The translations under genes were made by a program, and so were the position numbers. Below are positions 53,688 to 64,000 of a stretch of DNA of 64,000 nt, piece after piece. Within the stretch, counting starts at the first letter, position 1; every line of letters starts with the position of its first letter. This stretch comes from Octopus sinensis (taxonomy: Eukaryota), in the NCBI RefSeq assembly GCF_006345805.1, contig NC_042999.1:38688001-38752000 (forward strand), read 5' to 3'. The notes beneath the pieces were generated by a model that did not search any database, was not told where the DNA came from, and saw only the letters and a list, made by a program, of their open reading frames with translations.

Positions 53688-55000
53688 TATAATTTTTGTA
53701 TGAGGTTTCAAATACTTCTCCCCGATTTTCGTTAATTCGCTAGTGTTTTAAAAGCAGATTCTTTTCCTTCTTTTTTTTTCTTTTCCTTCGAAATTTCTGA
53801 TTTAATGAGAAGCTAGATAGATAGCTGACAACTGTTGCTTGCGTATTGAACTCATTTGGTTTTGTATTTTATGTTGTCTACGTTTGGTGACATCCCTCTT
53901 TCACCGTTTTCTCTCTGTCTCTCTCCCCTTCTCTCTATTTTCCCTCTCTCATCTCTCACACATGACAATGTCCATCTTTCTTTTTCTCACGTGACCATCT
54001 TTCTTTTCAGGATGTTTTTTTTCTCTCTCTTCTCTCTTTTCTCTTTTCAAAGAAAATATTTCTCTCAGCTTGCAATGTTCTTCTCTCACTCTGGTCTAAA
54101 GAGTACATATATATATATAGTACTATACATATATATAGTACATTTTGATCTCCTGTAACTTAAATATTTGTTTTCCTTGTATGACTCCACTGTCCTGTTT
54201 TTGTTCGCAACTTTGACACTCCATAAATCCTACATTTTATTTTAGAATCTATGGGAGCAACTGTCTTTGAAGACTCATATTATTGTTGAATGCTCGAAAT
54301 GAGGTGTAGATAGACAGTCGACAACTGATGAAGGGTCATTTCTCTGTGTTTAGGTTTCCTGTTTTCCATTTTTTACTCTCGTTTGTTTTCGTACTTCATG
54401 TTGTTACACAGTTAGTGGCGTGCTCTACCCATACATGCGTATGTATATGTATATATATTATTTATTATTCCTATGTATATGTATATGTATGTATAGATAT
54501 ATCTATGTATATATGTATATGTATATATGTATATGCATCAATAGATATAAATATATGCAAAATTAGAGAAAGGGGTAGAGAAAATTCGGGTTACATATGT
54601 CTTATAACTAGCGGAACCTCGGAAATAGTAAATATCCAAACGAAGGGTAGACCACAACCAACTCTTAAGGCCAAGATTAATTGATTACATGAAGTTACCA
54701 CTCTCGTTAGGATATCTCGCGAGAGCTCGCAGAGAATTCGATGAGTAAAAACCACAGTTCGAGAGGAAGCATATATGTTATCGAAAGATCTCCCGAATAG
54801 AATTTTGAAAACGCTGCGTGATATCTCCGACATTTCGATTTTAAATATTTAAACAATTCGGACATTCGATTTTATAAATTCAAACAATTCGGATATTCAT
54901 ACATGCATAAATACATGCATAAATACATACACACACACACATACATACATACATACATACGTACATACATACATACATAAATACATACATACATACAAGT

Positions 55001-55258
55001 GGTGACGCGTGGTTTGGTGGTTATGGTTTTGGACTTATTATCGTAAAATTGTGGTTTCGATTACTGGATCGCGTGGTGCGTTGTGTTCTTAAGCAAAACA
55101 CTTCATTTCACCTTGTTCCAGTCCACTCAGCTGGTACAACTGAATAATGCTGTGACCGACCGGCGTTCCGTCTACGTGGGTAATATATATATACTCTATG
55201 AACCTGAGAAAGCGGCCCTTAATAGTCGGTATGACTCGAGAAGGTAACTTTACCTTTA
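55001..55258 (+). mobile_element. SINE family D (tRNA head, CORE-like middle)
   Basis: A/B-box-like GTGGTTTGGTGG and GGTTTCGATT; TAAGCAAAACACTTCATTTCACCTTGTTCCAGTCCACTCAGCTG; tail AAGGTAACTTTACCTTTA. Confidence 0.7.
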
Positions 55259-56340
55259 CTTATATGTGTACAAATTTAAATACATACTGAGAAAGAGAGA
55301 GACAGAGAGACGCATGTCCATGTCATATTTTTGCCTTATATACAATCGTATATAAAGCTGGCAAAAGTTAATTGAAGCATAACTCCATTAGTCACCTTAC
55401 TGCTTTGCAAATAGATTTTACAATGAAAAGGTTGACAGTAACTTCGAACTTTTACTTCTCAGGAATCCCTTCCATAGAGAAACTCCAATATCACTGTAAA
55501 ACCTCATGGTATACATACATATAAACTTACATAAATATATGCATGTATATAATCTACGTGTCAAAATGATATATGACAAAAATAACAAAAATAACGAGAC
55601 CAGGAATATCCATAATCAGCACTAATCTACATTTTAGAGAAAATGGTATCCAATGATACGATCAGGAAATCAATCACGTATATGTTTATTGATCCTGTCA
55701 AACACCAGTTTCTACTTTTTCCATTTGCAATGAGTATTCATTGTGTTCATTTTTCCCACGCTATTCTACAATTGATTTATTTCGATAGGGAAATGGAAGT
55801 AGTTCGTTTGTTTTCAATCTACCTATCTATCTGCAGGTTTTATTTTACATTTTCCATCACGTTTAAAGAATTCTATGAATGGAAAAGTGAGTGTATGTTA
55901 TTATGTTACAACTAGTCAAAACAAATAAGCAAAACCAGAAAGAAAAATATCGTGTGTGAGTTCAGCCATACACACACCGCGCCCTTCTACAAAATATTAA
56001 CATACTCAGTAATACAATATACAGTCATATATATTTGTATTCCCAATTGGAAATTAGAATTCATTTTTACCAAGTACTTGCTGGGAAATAAAAATGTTCA
56101 AAGGGGGAAAATAGTTATTTTGCTCTCACTATCTTTTATGCAACCATTCACCCTTTAAATACGAAGAAGTTTTTGTATATTATTATTATTGTCCTAGGTA
56201 TCAAAGTTTAAATTCACGTTGATCCAAGTTTGTCGTTACGTGTCATTCGCTCCAAACGTAGTTCATATACCGCTAAAAGGGCAATTTATGTATTTGACAG
56301 GTAGGCTCCTTACTAATGTCCATTGATATCTTCAACCGGT

Positions 56341-56719
56341 GGAGGTGCAATGACCCAGTGGTGAGGGCAGCAGAGTCGTGATCGTAGGATCGCGGTTTCG
56401 ACTCCTAGACCGGGCATTCTGAGTGTTTATTGAACGAAAACATCTAAAGCCCCACAAAGCTCCGGCAGGGGGTGGTGGCGAAACCTGCTGTACTCTTTCA
56501 CCACAACTTTCTCCCACTCTTTCCTCCTGTCATGTTGTACCTGTATTTCAAAGGGCCAGCCTTGTCACACACTGTGTCACGCTGAATCTCCCACGAGAAC
56601 TACGTTAAGGGTACACGTGTCTGTGGAGTGCTCGGCCACTTGCACGTTTGTTTCACGAGCAGGTTGTTCCGTTGATCAGATCAACTGGAACCTTCGTCGT
56701 CGTAACCGACGGAGTACCA
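56341..56719 (+). mobile_element. SINE family C, full length (tRNA-derived head)
   Basis: GGAGGTGCAATGACCCAGTGG (A box) and GGTTTCGACTCC (B box). The GC-rich body ends CGTCGTCGTAACCGACGGAGTACCA. Recognised from memory as an abundant Octopus SINE. Confidence 0.85.
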
Positions 56720-57586
56720 AGGGAGAATCTTCAACCGCCTGATTTTATTTTTTATTACTATATTCGTCAGCAATATCAAAATGTGGCTAACTTCCAAAAT
56801 GCAGCATATTATCCCAACAATATCATATCAATATTATTTTCCACTTTTACATTCATCAGTCGGGTTCAATACATTCATCGTTATTCGTTGTTATTTTTTT
56901 TTCTTAGTCATTTTCCATCCGTCAGGCTCAGACATACAAGACTATGAAAAGAAAGTAACTCAAAAGAATTCACTTGCATTTGACAATGATGTGTACAATA
57001 TTTTCAATTCTTGATTCGCTTAGCTGTTTGTAATCAGCTGATGATTTCTCTCTTTTGCGAAGGAGATTAATAGGGATTTATTTCTCTTAGATTGCATTTG
57101 AGGGAACGTTCATGGTGAGATGCTATGAATATGTCGATTATTCCAATCAGGTTTTCTGTTGGGAAGATTCTTCCTTCTCCTGTATTTGCACTTATTTTCA
57201 AGTATTCATGTGCCCATATCCATAAGAGCTAGCAATCTCGATATGTAAGACTTTTTTTTGTTATTCTGCAAGTTAATTAGGTATCCTAATAGCGTTTGCA
57301 ATTCCTCGTTCGTAAATGTGAGGAAGGCAGTCTCTAAAAGATTTACATAGATGCAAAAGCTGATTTGGTACCAATCCCGGTGTCATATGGTGTTAACACA
57401 AGTTTAAGGCCGGCGGCTTCCTTGTGCAGAAGACAAAGCTGCGACGATGACTCGAGGCGCATAACACATGCACACACTCCCTCGCGGTCAGTATCGCGAC
57501 AACGACCTTCCAAATGCGACATATGCGCATATATGTGCGTTTCTGTGTTCGTGTATGTACACACACACACAGACACACACACACAG

Positions 57587-57650
<64 letters not shown>

Positions 57651-57889
57651 ATATATATATATATATATTACTAATGTAGCCGAAGTTGAAATACACAGAA
57701 AATATAGAGAGATTAACTTAAATTTTTTATATATCTACGTACGCTTAACTGCTTTGACATTTGCTGATTTTTTCAAAACTATATGTTACGAGGAACGTGG
57801 AGTGTGTCCTGGATATTTCGTGAAAGTATCCGTTCATTATCTATTTAGTGAACTGGTTCATTTTCCATTTCTTCTTTTTCTTTCAGTAA

Positions 57890-59302
57890 TAAGAATTTAC
57901 CTATCCTCTTTAGAGAGAGACCTCTACCACCACTTATCCCGTGCCTCTCCTTAACTTCATTCGTTGTTCTAATGGTTTTATTGATTCTGGGCTCACAAAT
58001 TCGAGCAAGATAGTTACTGGTGTATTTCCTCGAGGATGTATGGATTATATGTGTCGCGATTAATGTTGAAAATTCCAGTAACACTGACTACCTTTTTTAT
58101 TTCGTTGAGGAGTTGCAGTGACCTGTTTAGAAGGGCAAATGTGGGTGGTAAGAGTGAGTCTGCAAATATCGTGGGTTATATGTTTATTTAAGCTGAAATT
58201 TCAAACGAACATATTTTTTACCACTTTTGAGATACCCATTTTTTTGTCCTTGTCTAATTGATAGGTCCTTAATGACTGACAATTTTGCTCTTTCCAAAAT
58301 ACTTAGAGATTTTACCATCGAATAAAAGCTATGTCTCCTGGTTAATCGCATTTAGTGCTTTCGGGATGGACTTTACTTCACAGAAAATGCACATTTGCAC
58401 TCACGAAATTTCCTTCCATTCTCTTTACAGAATGTTGGTTATGAGATCCGCTTCATTTTACTTTCGTTCATGCTTGGTTTATACAGTATCTGGTTATCAA
58501 CAAAGGAAAGGTGAGAGACGGTATTGGACCCATTACTATAGCTGCTACATTTTATGACCAGGTATGATTGGGTACGTAATGAAAGAACAGTGAGAAATAT
58601 TGGCAAGTTATTGCCTTAAAATATACCTTTTTGGAAGTGTATGGTTTTACATTGAGAATTTTCATAGTCACGTGTGAGAAATACGGAGTTGTATCAGTTA
58701 TCAATTAGGTGGTGGATAGTATATACTTGTGGAAGTGGGATTTTTATTAATTACAGTGCTTTGGCACTCCGCACATCGGGTATAATATGAAAGATTATCT
58801 TGACCAGTCACACCGTTGCTTTTGCAACTCTTCTTTTTTGTTGCACATTGTTTTCTAAATTTCACAGTTTTTCTTTCACCTAACTTTTCCAGGAGATATA
58901 ATATTGTTTTGAGTAAAACGGCACAAACCTTGAGGCATACCATGCGCATAGTAGTTTGAGGCACACTATGTACATCTTGCATATGTTCTGTTGGCTATTG
59001 AGCGGTAATAATCAGTTTCGGTGGTTTGACATTTTGGAAAAGACAAGAAAGGTGATGGTGGCTGGTAACCATGTGGGAACGTTTAACATGTCATCGATAC
59101 TCTTCCCGTATAGTAGTATTATATCTCGCCAACAGAAGTTGGGGATTACCTGTTTTGTAATTTTTTCAAGAACCACTCCAGTAATATACCGGCGAATTCG
59201 TAAGGCTTTTTTTCACCAGGCTTGCAATATCCCTGTTCTAATGCATTCATCCATTCAGCGTCGTTTCCGTTCTTATTTTGATCTCCTGTAACTTAAATAT
59301 TT
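57890..59302 (-). pseudogene. Decayed R4/Dong reverse transcriptase
   Basis: Ordered motifs NDAEWMNALEQGYC, NVPTWL, YYRSIA, KGIF*GNNL, SHLSFVDNQILY (the FVDD site), FCKENGRKFRECKCA, KYFG, GPIN, PTFALL, GGRGL. Confidence 0.8.
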
Positions 59303-59639
59303 TTCTGTTGATAGGATGCTATTTTTTAAAAAATGATATAATATTTTGTTGAAGCTACGATTGACTAGCCTGTGATTTCTAGCAAACCGTCGATACAGTG
59401 TTCAAGCTCGGTTATTCGCATGTGTATGCAATGTATTTTGTACGTGTTGAAGTTTTCGACATGTTGATCACTGTTTGATATATCACAAACTACATAACAA
59501 CAGCATAGACAAAAATCTAGAATATTTTAAAAAGTGGTGGTAGCCAAAGGTGTCCTATCTGAAGAAACATAATTTCTAAGCATAGTACACCAGGAAAATA
59601 TTCTGGGATCACTAATCTTTGTGGTAAGCCTCCTAGTCT

Positions 59640-60500
59640 GCCAGACAAAACAGAATCCTGATTAAAATTCCATAAAAATCCAGGCAACGTGAAAGCAATT
59701 TACAAGTTGTTTGAAGAACAACATATAAATCAATGCTGAACAATTCCAAGCGTTCCACTATTGGACGAAAACAGATTGCAATCGGAAACACACAAGAGAT
59801 ACAGGACCAAAACTATTGCAATCCCAATGTCACAACAAGTACATGACATGGAAGTTCATATTTATATGATGGCATATTTTTACGTGCTGTTTGGTTTAGA
59901 TTTGAAATCATTCAAAATATGAAAAATATAAACCAATTGGTCTAAACAATGCTCCCAATTATTGTTACATACAACATCAAAGAAACAGTGGTGCTCAGGA
60001 AAATCCGATGCTGCTGTTCTAGGACAATTACTTTAGCGAGAAACAGCTGATGTTACAATCCTAAGATAGAAGACGCGAAAGGTAAGTATTGGTATATATT
60101 GAAACGTTGGGGAGTTTAGGGCTTCAGGCCAACCTCAGAAGAGGATGCCACAGTATAGTACCAAAAGTCCTAAACACTTCATCTACAGTAAGGTCTCAAT
60201 ACTGTATTGAGTTAAGGTCCAAGGGCCAACAGCATGCCAAAATACATCGGGTGTTTATGGCACATGAAAGTACCAGAAGAGTCCACTTCTCAGCAAGTAA
60301 CGGAAGTTAGGGCGGCTTTCTGTTACAGCTTCATTTCCAAAACCAAACTAAAAGAGAGATGCAGAAGTAAAATGAAATCGACTAATGATCATACTCAAAT
60401 TGTAAAACACTCACAGCCTCTGGCTAAAAGAAGTGAAAAATCTGGAAGTAAAAGTAAAGTTACATATCATTATATGATGGAAGTGACTGTAATTTCACAG
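59640..60500 (+). pseudogene. Second, more decayed R4/Dong RT-region fragment in the opposite orientation
   Basis: QNRIL..F..NP.NV, NYCNPNVTT, IVPK and GPTACQNT (compare YRPIACQN) occur in order. Confidence 0.45.
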
Positions 60501-61750
60501 TTTCCAAGTGATCTGCTGTTCAGGCAGTTACGTTGATGTAACCATAATCCTTCTCAGTTAATTAAAGAAAACACTATTCACACTATAGAATGACTTTTTC
60601 TGGTATTCAACTTTTGTTTCGTTGTTTGTTATATATTGACTCATTATATATTAAATAAATACATATAGATATGCATGCAAATATTTAATATTTTAAAATA
60701 CGTACACGCACAGACACGTACACGCGTGCACTCACAAAAACACACATTTACGAAGTCTTTAAATATTTATATTAAATCACAATAAAAAACAAAATCTGAA
60801 TATTATAGATTATTTATGCAACTATACACCAGAATAAATATGTTGCTACAAAGTGTTTCCCTGAATATCTCACATATTGCATGCAAACAGAATATTAAGA
60901 AAACATATACATGTACAACACCACAGTCCGCCACCACCAACACCACCAAAAAACGCGACATATACGCAAGTACTCTCGCGCTCACATTCTCCGCATTACA
61001 TATATTCCGAAGTTGTGTTCATACGCAATTGGCCAAACGCAGAGAAAGTTTACTTTTCATTTTACATTTTCCTCAAGCATTCCATTGAATGCTTTTACCT
61101 ACTTAAAACTAAGTTGTATCTAGCTACTTGAGATAGAGAGGATGTGCAAAATAAAATACTATATTTACAACGTCAACTACAGTATAATAAAACATTAAAA
61201 TCATTTTTGGAAATGATTGTAATGTATTTCTGTATTTTCTTGACATTATATATACATTTCAGTATATTTTTATTTTAAATTTCTTTTGTTGATTTGCTCA
61301 AATATATTCGTTGAAATTATTCGGCAAGTTGTTTATCACTTCATTGCAGTAATGGATTTATCTCCATCCAAATACTTACGAAGTTGAAAGGATGGTTTAT
61401 TGATCAATATTTTGTTATGTTTTCATTTGTTTGATTCTTGCCTAAATATATTTAGAATTTTATTGACATTACTTGTGAAATTCTGTAGCTTCATCCTTGA
61501 CAATGAGAGAGAGTTAGTATAAATTGCAAAATTGTGTTATTCTAATATTTCCCAATATTAAATGTAAAAAAAAAAGAAAATGCTTGATTTTAATATAGCT
61601 CTCATACCAAATCTTTCTCTCTGTGCTTTAAAAACACACCTACACACACACAAACACGCACACATACATAGACACAAACACACATAGATATCTGCACATG
61701 TGGATACACAAATGCTCCGTACTTACACATACAACCGCATATAGGCATCG

Positions 61751-61785
<35 letters not shown>

Positions 61786-61796
61786 ATATATATATA

Positions 61797-61836
<40 letters not shown>

Positions 61837-61916
61837 ACATACATGTTCAGTACATATACATATGTCCACATATCTATAAACATATGCATTTTTGTACGTA
61901 TCCAAATATATATATA

Positions 61917-61963
<47 letters not shown>

Positions 61964-61969
61964 CATATG

Positions 61970-62006
<37 letters not shown>

Positions 62007-62459
62007 GTTTACATTTATATATTTGTACATGTAAACATACCCACGCAGACAAAAACACAGAGAACCACACAAATGTATATATTATGCATGTTAATTTATA
62101 TATAATGGAAATGGAAATCACATGAGCAGATATAATTCTATCTATTTTGTATTTGAGGTTTTCGATGCACAAAATATAACTCAAATGTGTAAACTGTGAG
62201 CATTTAGTATCGAAATAGTGGTTGATGTAATGAACATACCAATCGTCGGATATATATACGTAAGAAGGTTTTAGGATTTAGTTGTATATTGTGAAGTTCA
62301 GCAGAAAACGAAAATAAAATGACACCCTTGTGTGTGTCTGTATGCGTTACCATAGAGACGCACAGGAGTCCTGTCGAAAGGATTATATTGTATCATCAGA
62401 ATATTCGGCGATTACACTATAAGTACCAAAGGAGAATGAAAGTGGATTACACTACAACA

Positions 62460-62461
62460 AG

Positions 62462-62531
<70 letters not shown>
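62460..62531. repeat. (CTA)n microsatellite
   Basis: Directly visible. Confidence 0.97.
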
Positions 62532-62532
<1 letters not shown>

Positions 62533-62675
62533 GGTTTCAGTGCCCTACTTGTATCTATTTTTTCGACCCCAAGTGGATGAAACTTAGTCAGCCTCGGCGG
62601 AATTTGAGCGGGTATGTGGAGACGGACGAAAGCATCTTCTCCGGCGTGCTAACGATTCTGCCACCTCCACGCCTC
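62532..62675 (-). mobile_element. SINE family B variant, truncated
   Basis: Reverse complement GGAGGTGGCAGAATCGTTAGCACGCCGG...CTCAAATTCCGCCGAGG...TTTCATCC..TTGGGGTCGA. Confidence 0.8.
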
Positions 62676-62676
62676 A

Positions 62677-62803
<127 letters not shown>

Positions 62804-63245
62804 TATATACCCTGCCACCATAATATCTCGGCAAAGAATTTGATAAGCTCAGAAACTATAAGATTTGCTAATCGAAATCTTGGCATCACACAAGACGGTT
62901 ACAATATCAGTGATTGTCGGTACACTTGGAACGATCAAAAAGAGCTGTGAATTATTTAAGAATGATCCTTGGCTTACCATCGATGCATGAAGTACAGAGT
63001 ACTGAGAAGGGCATTGTCGTTGTGACTTTTCTTTTCTTTTCCCCGTTTATTTTCTTTGCTTATTTTTTTTTATTTGTATTATTTTTCATTTTTCTGTCGT
63101 TCTTCCCCTTTTTATCTATCACATGACTTTGTAAATGAATAATCTGGTGTGTTTATTTTAATGAACTACCAATGTATACTGTGATTCTCTCCGCCCTAGG
63201 TATCAGGAAGACACACGACAAGAAATAGAAACAGAAATGAAAGAC
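62804..63245 (+). mobile_element. 5'-truncated R4/Dong 3' end between (AAT)n tracts
   Basis: HNISAK / FDKLRNYK / LLIEI / KTVTISVIVGTLGTIKK / NYLRMILGLPSMHEVQ parallels the C-terminus of the 30627 copy. A degenerate AAT/AAC/GAT tract follows at ~63250-63380. Confidence 0.75.
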
Positions 63246-63640
63246 GATAACAATTATAATGATAATAATGATTATGATATTAACAACATGACAACATGAA
63301 CAACAACAACAACAAAAATTATAATAATGATGATGATGATGATGCTAATGATAATAATAAGAATAATAATAAGAAGAATAGTCTGATTTATGTGAATGAA
63401 TGGGCATTTACAAACGACAAAGATTTTGTAGTGACAATATTTTATTTCCATGTTTAGTAATAATAAATAATCTCGGCAGAATCTAACTCTGAATCGCCGC
63501 CTCCATTGCCACCAAAAGCATGGTGAGTATATAGTAGTTGGAAAAGGCGCAGTCCAACTTTCCAGTTAATGTGTGTTTATTATAGCAAACACATGCTGTG
63601 AAGCATTTCATTGAATGTGAATCAAACAGGAGCAGACATA

Positions 63641-64000
63641 GGCGCAGGAGTGGTTGTGTGGTAAGTAGCTTGCTTACCAACCACATGGTTTCGGGTTCAG
63701 TCCCACTGCGTGGCATCTTGGGCAACTGTTTTCTGCTATAGCTTCGGGCAGACCAAAGCCTTGTGAGTGGATTTGGTAGACGGAAACTGAAAGAAGCCTG
63801 TCGTATATATGTATATGTATATGTATGTGTGTGTATGTTTGTGTGCCTGTGTTTGTCCCCTAGCATTGCTTGACAACCGATGCTGGTGTGTTTATGGCCC
63901 CGTCACTTAGCGGTTCGGCAAAAGAAACCGATAGAATAAGTACTGGGCTTACAAAGAATAAGTTCCGGGGTCGATTTGTTCGACTAAAGGCGATGCTCCA
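63641..64000 (+). mobile_element. SINE family A, cut by the window end
   Basis: Aligns with 46832-47225. Confidence 0.93.

Noticed and set aside
54292-54345. GCTCGAAATGAG...CTGATGAAGGGTC as a permuted hammerhead
   Set aside because: Stems cannot be formed consistently, and CTGATGA is not conserved in the related copies at 32.7 and 51.5 kb.
46832-56420. tRNA genes
   Set aside because: The A/B-box-like motifs belong to SINE heads that continue into SINE bodies. No complete cloverleaf is evident.

Overview
Eukaryotic, very AT-rich, repeat-dominated DNA, most likely from an Octopus genome. That attribution is an inference from SINE families I recognise from memory and from the extreme density of (TA)n, (CTAT)n and (AAT)n microsatellites. 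I see no intact protein-coding gene, tRNA/rRNA gene or CRISPR array, and almost all ORFs in the supplied track are microsatellite translations. The window holds a decayed Tc1 transposon and a mariner deletion derivative (both with TIRs), two or three Helitron/Helentron-type non-autonomous elements, and about 15 SINE copies from four or five families. It also holds five or six fragments of R4/Dong-clade non-LTR retrotransposons (two next to (AAT)n tracts), L1/Tx1-like ORF1, endonuclease and RT remnants, and Penelope-like (PLE) remnants. The most notable signal is a pair of homologous type I hammerhead ribozymes on the minus strand (28151-28231 with an intact core; 4629-4713 with one mismatch). 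Both have a 54-58 nt stem II whose sequence differs between copies while pairing is kept. There are also six long inverted-repeat or fold-back structures and a few short candidate exons with good splice signals. PLE-associated hammerheads are a known class, so only the long-stem-II variant and its possible activity could be new. All alignments and translations were done by eye; fragment boundaries are approximate.
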